Below, piece after piece: positions 9,746 through 19,120 of a DNA stretch of 64,000 nucleotides. A program made the position numbers and the translations under genes. Each line of letters opens with the position of its first letter. Positions within the stretch are counted from its first letter, which is position 1. The DNA is taken from contig JADJXH010000003.1 of the NCBI GenBank assembly GCA_016715895.1, positions 325,583-389,582 on the forward strand, given 5' to 3'. The notes beneath the pieces were generated by a model. It worked only from the letters and a program-made list of their open reading frames with translations, made no database searches and had not been told where the DNA came from. The DNA is from Flavobacteriales bacterium (GTDB lineage: Bacteria > Bacteroidota > Bacteroidia > Flavobacteriales_F > PHOS-HE28).

Positions 9746-11329
9746 TCAAGACCGGTTCTCCGCCACCTGCGCCATGGCGTGCTCGGCAAGGGCGGTGATG
9801 GTGAGGCTGGGGTTCACGCCGGGATTGGCCGAGATGGCGCTGCCGTCGCACACCCAGAGGTTCGCGTAGCCGAACACCCGGTTGTGCCGGTCGATCACAC
9901 CGGTGGAGGCATCGGCGCCCATGCACGCGCCGCCGAGGATGTGCGCGGTGGTGGGGATGCCCAGCAGCGTCTCCTGCAGCAGCACCATGGCCTTGCCGTT
10001 CACGATGCGTTCCACCCGGTGGGCGATGTCCTGCGCCTGCGGGTTGAAGGCCGTGGGCGCTGCGCCCGACTCCAGGGCGCTCCGCGTGCCGAAGGTGCCG
10101 CGCTTCAGGCGGAGGGTGGAGTCGATGCTCTCCATGTAGAGCAGGATGTGCGTGCGCCGGCTCCAGTCGTTCACGAAGAAGGTGCGGAGGTACTGCCCCG
10201 GCTGCTTCAACGGCAGCAGCACCATGTTCAGCAGGCGCTGCGGCCAGGCGCTGCCCTTCACCATCGGCGCCATCAGGATCCGCCAGATGCCATTGCCGGG
10301 CGGGTACTTCACGGGCTCCACGTGCCGGTCCTGGTCCAGCTCCACGATGGAGCCGATGGCGATGCCTTCCGAGAAGGTGGCCTTGCGGTCGAAGGTGGTG
10401 ACGCCGATGAGGCTCTCGGAGTTGGTGCGCACGCCGTGGCCCAAGGTGTCCGAGAGGTTCGGCAGGCTGCCGGCCTTCAGCTTCAGGAGCAGGGGCAGGG
10501 TGCCCATCACGCCGCCGGCGAACACCACGCCCCGCGCCGTCACCGTGCGGATGCGCGGGAACCAGCTGGACGGGTCGCGGTAACGGATGCGGTAGCCGGC
10601 GCTGCCATCGGGGCTCAGGGGCTTCACGTCCACCACCTCGGCGTTGGCGCGGATGGTGCAGCCCAGCTGTTGCGCCAGGTGCAGGTAGTTCTTGTCGAGC
10701 GTGTTCTTGGCGTTATGCCGGCAGCCCAGCATGCAGCCGCCGCACTGGATGCAGCCGGTGCGGTCGGGTCCCTTGCCGCCGAAGTAAGGGTCCTTCACGG
10801 TGACGCCTGGTGTGCCGAAATGCACGGCGGCATCCACGGTGCTGAAGCCTTCGGGGACGCCCAGATCGGCGGCCAGCTCCTGCATCACCAGGTCGCTGCG
10901 GCTGGTGTAGGGGTGGCGCTCGGTGCCGAGCATGCGCCTGGCCAGAGCGTAGTACGGAGCCAGTTCGCGCTCCCAGTCGCACAGGTCCTTCCAGCTGCCG
11001 GTGTGGAAGAAGGGCGCGCGGGGCACGGGCAGGGTGTTCGCGTAGACCAGCGAGCCACCGCCCACGCCGGTGCCGCTCAGCACCGTCACATGCCGGAAGA
11101 AGCTGATCTTGAACAGGCCCCGCCAGCCCAGACGAGGCGCCCAGAGCCAGCGGCGGAGGTTCCAGTTGGAGCTGGGAAAGTCGGCTGGCTTGTTGAACCA
11201 CCGGCCCTTCTCCAGCACCAGCACGCGGTAGCCCTTCTCGCTGAGGCGTAGCGCCGCCACCGAGCCGCCGAAGCCGCTGCCGATCACCACGTGGTCGACG
11301 TCGAAGGAAGGCGTTCCCGGTTCGTGCAT
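9746..11329 (-). CDS. GMC family FAD-dependent oxidoreductase (cholesterol oxidase / alcohol dehydrogenase-like)
   Basis: N-terminal FAD motif FDVDHVVIGSGFGGSVAALRLSEKGYRVLVLEKG. C-terminal GMC active-site region ...HILGGACMG...NLWVCDGSAISANPGVNPSLTITALAE. Confidence 0.9.
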   Translation of the reverse strand: MHEPGTPSFDVDHVVIGSGFGGSVAALRLSEKGYRVLVLEKGRWFNKPADFPSSNWNLRRWLWAPRLGWRGLFKISFFRHVTVLSGTGVGGGSLVYANTLPVPRAPFFHTGSWKDLCDWERELAPYYALARRMLGTERHPYTSRSDLVMQELAADLGVPEGFSTVDAAVHFGTPGVTVKDPYFGGKGPDRTGCIQCGGCMLGCRHNAKNTLDKNYLHLAQQLGCTIRANAEVVDVKPLSPDGSAGYRIRYRDPSSWFPRIRTVTARGVVFAGGVMGTLPLLLKLKAGSLPNLSDTLGHGVRTNSESLIGVTTFDRKATFSEGIAIGSIVELDQDRHVEPVKYPPGNGIWRILMAPMVKGSAWPQRLLNMVLLPLKQPGQYLRTFFVNDWSRRTHILLYMESIDSTLRLKRGTFGTRSALESGAAPTAFNPQAQDIAHRVERIVNGKAMVLLQETLLGIPTTAHILGGACMGADASTGVIDRHNRVFGYANLWVCDGSAISANPGVNPSLTITALAEHAMAQVAENRS

Positions 11330-11341
11330 CCGAGCTGTGGG

Positions 11342-12415
11342 TCAAGCGAGCTCGTCCCTGCCCAGCCGCTCCTTCAAGCGGTCGATCTCGCGGTCCATCA
11401 CGCGGAACCACAGGGGCGGGAAGAAGGCCAGGGCCATCATGGCGGGATAGCCGGCGGGCAGCTGTGGGCTCTCGTCGAAGTGGCGCAGCACCTGGTACGT
11501 GCGGCTGGCCAGGTAATGGTGGTCGCTGTGGCGCGTGAGCTCCAGGAGGATCAGGCGGCCGAGCGGGTGGTCGGAGTTCCAGGAGTGGATGGGCAGCGGA
11601 CGTTCGTAGCTGTCGCCGTTCCTCTTCCGCCGCAGGCCGTAATGCTCGATGTAGTTCACCGTTTCCAGCAGCAGGATGCCGATGAGCGCGGCCCCCAAGA
11701 ACCAGCCCATCACTTCCACGCCGAATTGGGCCGCGATCGCAACGACCAGCGCGACCTGGATCACTTGGAAGCCCAGCATCTCGTTGTGCCAGCTCCACAC
11801 GGGCAGGCCCTTCTTCCGCAGCCGTTGCGCTTCCAGCTTCCACGCGCTGAGCCAGCTGCCGGTGATCGTGCGCACGAAGAAGGCGTAGAGCCACTCGCCG
11901 CGCCGGCTGCTGGCGGGGTCCGCGTCGGTGCTCACGTGTTTGTGGTGGCCGCGGTTGTGCTCGATGAAGAAGTGGATGTACAGCGTGGTGAGCAGCAGCG
12001 CCTTGGCCATGAACTGCTCGTGCTTGGTGGGCCGGTGCCCCAGCTCGTGCGCGGCGTTGATGCCCAGCACGCCACAGGCCATGCCGAAGGCCGAGGTGAG
12101 CCCCAGCTTCACCACCCACGAGAGCTCCGCGGCGCTCACTTGCACCAGGAAGAAGAGCAGCAGGCCCCATTGGATGGGCACCAGGCTGTAGAGGATGAGG
12201 TCGTAGGTGCGGTCCTGCCTGGCCACGGCCTCCTGCACGGCATCCAGGTTGCGCGGGTCGGGTTTCAGGAACAGTTCAATGACCGGCAGCACCCCGAAGA
12301 CGAAGGCCACCGCGGCGAAGGACCATGCGTTCCGCACCGCGAGCGAGGCCGCGACCACCCCGGGGATCAGGTAGACCAAGGAGTACTTGAGCGCGTTGGG
12401 GCGCATGGATGACAA
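11342..12415 (-). CDS. alkB: Alkane 1-monooxygenase (AlkB) / membrane fatty-acid desaturase family
   Basis: All four di-iron histidine boxes are present: HELGHR, EHNRGHH, NYIEHYGL and HSDHH. Multiple TM helices. Confidence 0.85.
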   Translation of the reverse strand: MSSMRPNALKYSLVYLIPGVVAASLAVRNAWSFAAVAFVFGVLPVIELFLKPDPRNLDAVQEAVARQDRTYDLILYSLVPIQWGLLLFFLVQVSAAELSWVVKLGLTSAFGMACGVLGINAAHELGHRPTKHEQFMAKALLLTTLYIHFFIEHNRGHHKHVSTDADPASSRRGEWLYAFFVRTITGSWLSAWKLEAQRLRKKGLPVWSWHNEMLGFQVIQVALVVAIAAQFGVEVMGWFLGAALIGILLLETVNYIEHYGLRRKRNGDSYERPLPIHSWNSDHPLGRLILLELTRHSDHHYLASRTYQVLRHFDESPQLPAGYPAMMALAFFPPLWFRVMDREIDRLKERLGRDELA

Positions 12416-12448
12416 GGATGCCCCGAAGTTATTGAGCCCAAGGGGCGG

Positions 12449-12928
12449 CTACCACGTGTACGCATGCGGTGTGCTTCCCCGGATGAAGGTGTGCGACCGC
12501 GTGGGCAGCTTCTCGCCCTCCACATGCACCAGGTTCTGCTGTTCGTAGAAGAGGTCCTGCAGCAGGGTGTTCTGCACCAGCAGATCCTTCGGTGAGGTGA
12601 TGCTGTCCACCTGCAGGTAGCAGTAGAGCGTTTCGCCGTCGAGCTCCTTGCCGATCCAGGTCCAGGTGAGCTGTTCCTCCTGCATCAGCACGAGGTGCTG
12701 CCTGAAGTAGGTGTTCAGGATGCTGTCGGCCTTGGGGTGCTCGCGATCGGACCCGAGCTTCAGCGGGGCCACGTTCTCCAGGGCATGCTCGATGTCGTGG
12801 GCCGTGATCCGCCAGGTGAGGTCGAGGGTCTGCGTGGCCGGGGAATGGCGGATGGTGAGGATGGAGACAAAGAAATCGTGGACGCTCAGCGCTCCGGTGA
12901 GGAAGAGGGCGAGGAGGGAGGCTTTCAT
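12449..12928 (-). CDS. Secreted hypothetical protein (DUF6702-like)
   Basis: Signal peptide MKASLLALFLTGALS, followed by an HDFFVSILTIRH... pattern reminiscent of DUF6702. Confidence 0.45.
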   Translation of the reverse strand: MKASLLALFLTGALSVHDFFVSILTIRHSPATQTLDLTWRITAHDIEHALENVAPLKLGSDREHPKADSILNTYFRQHLVLMQEEQLTWTWIGKELDGETLYCYLQVDSITSPKDLLVQNTLLQDLFYEQQNLVHVEGEKLPTRSHTFIRGSTPHAYTW

Positions 12929-12937
12929 ACCGGTACA

Positions 12938-12989
12938 AAAGTGGGGATGAGTGGCGAGTCATGAGTAGCGAGTGGCGAGTAAATGCCGC
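12938..12989. repeat. Left half of a REP-like palindromic element built from GAGTGGCGAGT units (family A), split by the IS256 insertion
   Basis: gagtggcgagtcatgagtagcgagtggcgagtaa pairs with the inverted copy at 14396-14441. A third copy of the family is at 59379-59462. Confidence 0.7.
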
Positions 12990-14375
12990 GAGACTGTTCA
13001 GTAAAGTGTGTCAGGCCGGATTGCGAACTTCAACACCTGACCCATGGAGGACAAGACGGACAAGTTCGATTACGAAGCCTTCGAGAAGGAGGCCATGAAG
13101 CAATTGCTACTGGGCAAGCCCTTGAGCGGCAGCGATGGGGTGCTGACCCCGCTGGTGAAGCGACTGATGGAGGCCTCGCTACGGGGCGAGCTGAGCGCTC
13201 ACCTGGCCGAGGAGCCGCCTGGAGGTAACCGGCGCAACGGACATGGGCGCAAGCGGATGAAGACCGCCCACGGAGAGGTGGAGATCGCCACGCCGCGCGA
13301 CCGTGAGGGAACCTTTGACCCGGTGCTGCTGCCCAAGCGCGAGCGCGTGCTGAACGCCGAGCTGGACATGAAGATCATCAAGCTCTACGGGCTTGGGATG
13401 AGCCAGCGCGACATAAGCGACCATGTGCGGGACCTGTACGGCATCGAGGTGAGCGAGGCCACGATCAGCGCGGTGACCGACCAGGTGATCGCCGATGTAC
13501 AGACCTGGCGGCAGCGGCCCTTGGAGGCGCGCTACGCGATCGTGTGGCTCGATGCCATCCACTTCAAGGTGAAGCAGGAAGGGCGCGTGGTGAACAAGGC
13601 CGTATACACCGCCTTGGGCGTTGGCCCCGATGGCCACAAGGACCTGCTGGGCCTGTACGTGGGGCAGAGCGAAGGGGCCAAGTTCTGGCTGGGCGTGCTG
13701 GGCGACCTGCGCCAACGCGGCGTGGAGGACATGCTGATCGCATGCATCGACAACCTGAGCGGCTTCTCCGACGCGATCTCCTTGGTGTACCCACAGAGCG
13801 ATATCCAGCTCTGCATCGTGCACCAGGTGCGCAATACCCTGAAGTACGTCAGCTACAAGCACTACAAGGAGGTGGTCAAGGACATGCGGGCCATCTACCG
13901 GGCTCCTGGTGAGCAGCAAGCGCTGCATGCCCTGGAGGTCTTCAGCGACAAATGGGGGGAACGCTACCCGCAGGCGGTGAGCTCCTGGCACACCAACTGG
14001 CCGCTGCTGGCCAGCCAGTACCGCTACAGCGAGCGCATCCGGCGGCTCATCTACACCACCAATCCCATCGAGGGCTTCCACGCTCAGCTGCGCAAGTACA
14101 CCAAGACCAAGCGCGTCTTCGACAACGACATGGCCCTGCTCAAGCTGCTCTATCTGGCCCAGCAGCGCATCGTGGAGAAAATGGCCGCCAAGCCCATCTT
14201 CGCTTGGAGGGAGATAGCCGCCGAGCTACGCCTGCTCTTCGGCCCACGCTTCGATCCACAGGCGATCAACACCGATCAACAGGTTCTGAGTCTCCCCCGG
14301 ACCCCCTCGTTCAAAACCCAACAACATCAACATCGTCAGCAATAACGATGATGACACACTTTATCTAACAGACCC
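12990..14375 (+). mobile_element. Complete IS256-family insertion sequence (1386 bp) with 24-bp imperfect terminal inverted repeats, flanked by an 8-bp direct target duplication AATGCCGC
   Basis: IRL gagactgttcagtaaagtgtgtca (12990-13013). IRR reverse-complement gggtctgttagataaagtgtgtca (14352-14375). They match 19/24 and share the IS256-like GATAAAGT terminal motif. AATGCCGC is present at both 12982-12989 and 14376-14383. Confidence 0.85.
13044..14345 (+). CDS. IS256 family (mutator-type) transposase
   Basis: 433 aa with conserved IS256 blocks ...YAIVWLDAIHFKVKQEGRVVNKAVYTALGVGPDGHKDLLGLYVG...LIACIDNLSGFSDAISLVYPQSDIQLCIVHQVRN...SWHTNWPLL...YTTNPIEGFHAQLRKYTKTK (DDE triad context). Confidence 0.95.
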   Translation: MEDKTDKFDYEAFEKEAMKQLLLGKPLSGSDGVLTPLVKRLMEASLRGELSAHLAEEPPGGNRRNGHGRKRMKTAHGEVEIATPRDREGTFDPVLLPKRERVLNAELDMKIIKLYGLGMSQRDISDHVRDLYGIEVSEATISAVTDQVIADVQTWRQRPLEARYAIVWLDAIHFKVKQEGRVVNKAVYTALGVGPDGHKDLLGLYVGQSEGAKFWLGVLGDLRQRGVEDMLIACIDNLSGFSDAISLVYPQSDIQLCIVHQVRNTLKYVSYKHYKEVVKDMRAIYRAPGEQQALHALEVFSDKWGERYPQAVSSWHTNWPLLASQYRYSERIRRLIYTTNPIEGFHAQLRKYTKTKRVFDNDMALLKLLYLAQQRIVEKMAAKPIFAWREIAAELRLLFGPRFDPQAINTDQQVLSLPRTPSFKTQQHQHRQQ

Positions 14376-14383
14376 AATGCCGC

Positions 14384-14441
14384 CAACCGACATTTCCTGA
14401 GGCGGACATTTTACTCACCACTCACTACTCGCCACTCATGA
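14384..14441. repeat. Right half of the family-A REP-like palindrome disrupted by IS256
   Basis: ggcggacattttactcaccactcactactcgccactcatgactcgccactg is the reverse complement of the left half at 12938-12989. Confidence 0.7.
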
Positions 14442-14470
14442 CTCGCCACTGCCCACGTACTTTCGCAGAC

Positions 14471-16846
14471 ATGCCTTCGAAGCTCTTCCTCGCCCTTTGC
14501 ACAGCGGTCATAGCCTGCACTGCCACCCTCGCCCAGGACAGTCCCCGCTACGGCCGCGACAAGTTCCGCCAGCTCGACCAGGAACTGCCCACGCCTAACG
14601 AGCAGCGCACCGCCAGCGGAGCCCCCGGCCACGCCTACTGGCAGATGAAGGCCGACTACGACATCCACGTGGAGATCACCGAGCCCAAGGCCGGGGAAGG
14701 CGTGCTGCCGAAGCTGACGGGCTACGAGACCATCACCTACCACAACCAGAGCCCGGACAAGCTGGAGTACCTGTGGCTGCAGCTCGACCAGAACATCTTC
14801 GAGCCGGGCAGCGACGCCAACACCACCCGCACGGGTACACTACCCGACAGCGTGGGCCTGAGCCAGCTGGACAAGTGGGTGAACCCGTTCGACGGCGGGT
14901 ACAAGATCACCGGTGTCACCGATGCCAATGGCGGCAAGCTGAAGTACACCATCAACAAGACCATGATGCGGGTGGACCTGCCGAAGCCCCTCGCGCCCGG
15001 TGCCACCTTCAGCTTCAAGGTGAGCTGGTGGAACTGGATCAACGACCGCATGAAGTGGGGTGGCCGGGGCGGCTACGAGTACTTCCCCGAGGAGGACAAC
15101 TACATCTTCACCATCGCGCAGTTCTACCCGCGCATGTGCGCCTACATGGACTACAGCGGGTGGATGCACAAGCAGTTCCTCGGCGCCGGTGAGTTCACCT
15201 TGGACTTCGGCGACTACACGCTCAGCATCACCGTACCCAGTGACCACATCGTGGCGGCCACCGGCGAATGGGCCAACGCCTCAAGTGTGCTCACCGCCGC
15301 CCAACAGAAGCGGCTCGCACAAGCCCGCACGAGCTCCACCCCCGTCATGATCGTGACGCCGCAGGAGGCGCTGGACAACGAGAAGGAGCGCAGCAGCGGC
15401 ACCAAGACCTGGGTGTACAAGAGCAAGAACGTCCGCGATGTGGCTTTCGCCAGCAGCCGCAAGTTCATCTGGGACGCGATGAACCAGCCGGTCAAGACGA
15501 ATAACGTCCTATGCATGTCGTACTACCCCAAGGAGGGCAATCCGCTCTGGGAACAATACAGCACCAAGGTGGTGGCGCACACCATCAAGACCTACAGCAA
15601 GTTCACGGCCGACTACATCTACCCGGTGGCCATCAGCGTGCACACCGACCGCATTGGCATGGAGTACCCCATGATCTGCTTCAACGGCGGGCGGCCCGAG
15701 AAGGACGGCACCTACAGCGAGCGCACGAAGTATGGCATGATCGGCGTGATCACGCACGAGGTGGGGCACAACTTCTTCCCCATGATCATCAATTCCGACG
15801 AGCGGCAGTGGACCTGGATGGATGAGGGTCTCAACACCTTCGTGCAATACCTCACCGAGCAGGAGTGGGACAAGGACTACCCCAGCTGGCGCGGCAAGCC
15901 CCGCAACATCGTCGATTACATGAAGGGCGACCCCAACGCCGCGCCGGACAAGGTGAAGGCGCGCATCGAGCCCATCATGACCAACAGCGAGAGCATCACG
16001 CAGTTCGGCAATAACGCCTACGGCAAGCCCTGCACGGCGCTCAACATCCTGCGCGAGACGGTGATGGGCCGCGAGCTCTTCGACCACGCCTTCAAGACCT
16101 ATTGCGAGCGCTGGAAGTTCAAGCACCCCACGCCCGCCGATTTCTTCCGCACCATGGAGGATGCCAGTGGCGTGGACCTCGACTGGTTCTGGCGCGGCTG
16201 GTTCTACACCACCGACCACGTGGACATCGAGCTGGCCAACCTCCGCTACAAGCGCATGGATCCGCGCGATCCGCTGCTGGCCGAAAAGCTGAAGCGTGAG
16301 GACAAGGCGCGCGAAGTGCCCGACCTCAGCCGCCAGCGCAACATCGACGCGAAGCTGGACTTCGTGGTGGACCGCGATCCCACCACGCGCGACTTCTACA
16401 ACAGCTACGACCCGCTCACCGTCACGGAGCGCGACATAGCGGCCTACGAGAAGTGGAAGAGATCCCTGAAGCCTGATGAGCTCGCGCTATTGAACGAGGA
16501 CATCCATCTCTACGAACTTTCCTTCAAGAACATCGGCGGGCTGGTGATGCCGTTGATCCTCGAATGGGAGTACACCGACGGCACCAAGGAGGTGGAGCGC
16601 ATCCCCGCCGAGATCTGGCGCATCAGCGACGACATCTCCAAGGTCTTCGTGAAGCGCAAGGAGGTGGTGCGTGTCATGCTCGATCCCTTCCTCGAGACCG
16701 CCGACTGCGACCTCAACAACAACAGCTGGCCGCCGCGCATGGTGCCCACGCGCTTCGATGTGTTCAAGGAGCAGCAGTGGCGGCAGCCGAACCCCATGCA
16801 GATGGAGCGCAACCGGATCACGGGTGGGGAGATGAAGGGGAAGTGA
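14471..16846 (+). CDS. M1 family (gluzincin) metallopeptidase, secreted
   Basis: Signal peptide MPSKLFLALCTAVIACTATLAQ. Zinc motif VITHEVGHNFFPMIINSDERQWTWMDEGLNTF (HEXXH-X18-E). GGMEYPMI-like GxMEN region. Confidence 0.85.
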   Translation: MPSKLFLALCTAVIACTATLAQDSPRYGRDKFRQLDQELPTPNEQRTASGAPGHAYWQMKADYDIHVEITEPKAGEGVLPKLTGYETITYHNQSPDKLEYLWLQLDQNIFEPGSDANTTRTGTLPDSVGLSQLDKWVNPFDGGYKITGVTDANGGKLKYTINKTMMRVDLPKPLAPGATFSFKVSWWNWINDRMKWGGRGGYEYFPEEDNYIFTIAQFYPRMCAYMDYSGWMHKQFLGAGEFTLDFGDYTLSITVPSDHIVAATGEWANASSVLTAAQQKRLAQARTSSTPVMIVTPQEALDNEKERSSGTKTWVYKSKNVRDVAFASSRKFIWDAMNQPVKTNNVLCMSYYPKEGNPLWEQYSTKVVAHTIKTYSKFTADYIYPVAISVHTDRIGMEYPMICFNGGRPEKDGTYSERTKYGMIGVITHEVGHNFFPMIINSDERQWTWMDEGLNTFVQYLTEQEWDKDYPSWRGKPRNIVDYMKGDPNAAPDKVKARIEPIMTNSESITQFGNNAYGKPCTALNILRETVMGRELFDHAFKTYCERWKFKHPTPADFFRTMEDASGVDLDWFWRGWFYTTDHVDIELANLRYKRMDPRDPLLAEKLKREDKAREVPDLSRQRNIDAKLDFVVDRDPTTRDFYNSYDPLTVTERDIAAYEKWKRSLKPDELALLNEDIHLYELSFKNIGGLVMPLILEWEYTDGTKEVERIPAEIWRISDDISKVFVKRKEVVRVMLDPFLETADCDLNNNSWPPRMVPTRFDVFKEQQWRQPNPMQMERNRITGGEMKGK

Positions 16847-16858
16847 CGCGGACGTGCG

Positions 16859-17185
16859 ATGGTCACCCGCGAAGAGATCATTCAATTCGTTCGTGATCGT
16901 CTTGGCTTCACACCGACTTCAACTACCAAGTTCTGGTGGGATACGGGCGTGGTAGGCTTGGATGTGATCGCGTTCTGGGAGGAGTTCGCCCAGCATTACG
17001 GTGTCGATCTGGAGGTCGCCGACGAAGGCTATGACTACGGGGACAGCGACGCCGGTCTTGGGGATGCACTAGCGCACCTCTGGAAGCGCCTCACCTGCCA
17101 GCGAGTGAGTCGACCTCACCACTTCGCCATTGATCACCTTGTTGAGGTTGCGAACCGCAAGAAGTGGTTCGATCCCCCGCGATGA
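16859..17185 (+). CDS. Small hypothetical protein, DUF1493-like
   Basis: 108 aa, acidic; REEIIQFVRDRLG...FWEEFAQHYGVDL pattern resembles DUF1493 family members. Confidence 0.35.
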   Translation: MVTREEIIQFVRDRLGFTPTSTTKFWWDTGVVGLDVIAFWEEFAQHYGVDLEVADEGYDYGDSDAGLGDALAHLWKRLTCQRVSRPHHFAIDHLVEVANRKKWFDPPR

Positions 17186-17241
17186 TCCCGGTGGACCTCC
17201 TGCGCTGCTTTGCAGTATATCTTTGAACAACTCGAACTTCC

Positions 17242-17478
17242 ATGAGCACCTCCGACCTCAAGCTCAGCCTGATGGAGCGCCTAGCCTTGGTGCAGGACGC
17301 TGGTTTCCTTCAGCGCCTCAAGCAGATCTTCGACAAGGAGCTCGGCACGGGGGATGAGTTCACCGATGAGGAGCTCGCCGAGCTGCAGGAGATCGATCGT
17401 CGTCGCAAAGCGGGTCTGGATACCTATCTGTCCGTGGAGGAGGCCATGCGCATGCTCCGCGAGGGCCGTCGGGCATGA
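17242..17478 (+). CDS. Type II antitoxin (putative addiction-module component family)
   Basis: 78 aa. The C-terminal region DEELAELQEIDRRRKAGLDTYLSVEEAMRMLREGR is typical. Overlaps the downstream toxin gene by 4 bp. Confidence 0.6.
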   Translation: MSTSDLKLSLMERLALVQDAGFLQRLKQIFDKELGTGDEFTDEELAELQEIDRRRKAGLDTYLSVEEAMRMLREGRRA

Positions 17479-17765
17479 ACTATTCGGTGGTCGTTCGTGC
17501 GGCCGCCCAGGCCGAAGCGGTTGATGCGTTCTTGTGGTATGAGGCACGAAGCAAAGGGTTGGGAGTCCGCTTTGCGGATGCCTTGCAAGCCTGCTTGGAC
17601 CAATTGGCCACCGATCCGAAGCACCAGAAGCGCAACGGCGACTTTCGGCATGTGATGGTGGAGAAGTTCCCATATCGTGTTGTGTTCATCGTTGAAGACA
17701 ACACCGTGTACGTCTATCAGATCCGCCACACCAGCCGCATACCGAGCAAGCGCTTCGGCCCCTAG
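17475..17765 (+). CDS. Type II toxin, RelE/ParE family
   Basis: 96 aa, ...FLWYEARSKGLGVRFADAL...RHVMVEKFPYRVVFIVEDNTVYVYQIRHTSR, a typical ParE/RelE fold signature; ATGA overlap with the antitoxin. Confidence 0.75.
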   Translation: MNYSVVVRAAAQAEAVDAFLWYEARSKGLGVRFADALQACLDQLATDPKHQKRNGDFRHVMVEKFPYRVVFIVEDNTVYVYQIRHTSRIPSKRFGP

Positions 17766-18208
17766 CCCTGCTTCTCCGACCACGCCTTGAAGCGCTCCTG
17801 GATCTTCGCGCTCTCCTTCTTGAACGCGCCGGGCATCAGGAGGGCCATGACCTTCATGAAGCCACGCATGCGGAACTCGTTGTCCGAATGCCAGATGGTC
17901 CGTGACGGGCCGGCCTCCTCGAAGGTGTTCCGCACTTCGTTCCACACGCCGCCGGTCTCGTAGGTGCCGCAGAAGGCGCGTGGGAGGTCACGCTCCGTGA
18001 TGGTCTCCACCATCTCGATCTCCCGCTTGCCCATCCGGTACCGCAGACGGCTGTTGGCACCCACCTGTCCCGGCGTGCCACTGATCGGCTCGAAGCTGAT
18101 GAGCGCGGGCTGCCATTCCTTCATGGTCGTCGGGTCGTCGAAGAGCTGGACCATCCGGTCGCGCGGCAGGTCGATGGTGATGCTGGTGCGGAACTTCATG
18201 ACCGCCAA
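17762..18208 (-). CDS. SRPBCC (START/Bet v1-like, polyketide cyclase/AHSA1-type) family protein
   Basis: 148 aa with an SRPBCC-type pattern (…REIEMVETITERDLPRAFCGTYETGGVWNEVRNTFEE…). Confidence 0.65.
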   Translation of the reverse strand: MAVMKFRTSITIDLPRDRMVQLFDDPTTMKEWQPALISFEPISGTPGQVGANSRLRYRMGKREIEMVETITERDLPRAFCGTYETGGVWNEVRNTFEEAGPSRTIWHSDNEFRMRGFMKVMALLMPGAFKKESAKIQERFKAWSEKQG

Positions 18209-18256
18209 GCTAGGGCCTGGGGGAAGGAGCGCGGGCGATCTCGTGGCGGGCCGTGC

Positions 18257-19120
18257 TCACCGCACCACCCACAGCCGCTTGGGTTCCAGCCGGAACCGCA
18301 CTTCGTTGCCGATCACGGCCGGTTCGCCGTCCAGATGCGCGAGGGACCCGGCCTGGTGCACCTGGGCCTCGCGGGTGAGAATGGTGCGCACATACCGGCT
18401 CTTGTCCGCGCGGTTGGCGTACACATCGTAGAAGGCCTTCAACAGCGGGATGAAGGAGGGCTTGCTCACGATCTGGAGCTCCGCGAGGCCGTCATCGGGC
18501 CTCGAGCCGGGACTGATGATGGCCCCGTTGCCGAACTCGCGCGTGTTGCAGAACACCAGCATGAGCACCTCGTGCTCGGTGGTCTCGTGGTTGGCCTTCA
18601 CCACAACATGCATCGGCTTCGCGCTCAGGATGTCCTTCAGGATGATGCGCATGTAGTTCCACATCCCGCGCGCTTCGCTGCGGTCGAATTCCCAGGCCAC
18701 GCGCGCGTCGAAGCCGATGCCGGCCGTGCCGAGGAAGAGGCGGTCGTTGAGATGGCAGACGTCCATGATGGCCGGGGTTCCCGTGAACGCCCGCCGCAGG
18801 GCCGCCTCGGGCTTCAAGGGCAGCTGGAGCGAGCGGGCGTAGCCATTTCCGCTACCCATGGCCACCACACCCAGCGCGACCGGTGTGCCCACCAGCCCCG
18901 CGGCCACGGCGTTCAACGTGCCGTCACCGCCCACGCTGATCACCCGTAGCGCGCCGTCCTCCACCGCCTGCTGGGCGAGGGTGGTGCCGTGGCCCGGCGC
19001 TTCGATCACCCGCACCGTGAGCGACCATCCGAGCTCCGCCGCAAGGCGTTCCGCCGCCTGCTGCGCGGTGAGCGCGCGTTTCCGTCCGGCCCGCGGGTTC
19101 AGCAGGAGCCAGGCGTTCAT
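18257..19120 (-). CDS. Diacylglycerol kinase catalytic domain family lipid kinase (YegS/BmrU-like)
   Basis: N-terminal LLLNPRAGR...; GGDGT motif VISVGGDGTLNAVAAGL; ...MGSGNGYARSL. Confidence 0.85.
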   Translation of the reverse strand: MNAWLLLNPRAGRKRALTAQQAAERLAAELGWSLTVRVIEAPGHGTTLAQQAVEDGALRVISVGGDGTLNAVAAGLVGTPVALGVVAMGSGNGYARSLQLPLKPEAALRRAFTGTPAIMDVCHLNDRLFLGTAGIGFDARVAWEFDRSEARGMWNYMRIILKDILSAKPMHVVVKANHETTEHEVLMLVFCNTREFGNGAIISPGSRPDDGLAELQIVSKPSFIPLLKAFYDVYANRADKSRYVRTILTREAQVHQAGSLAHLDGEPAVIGNEVRFRLEPKRLWVVR

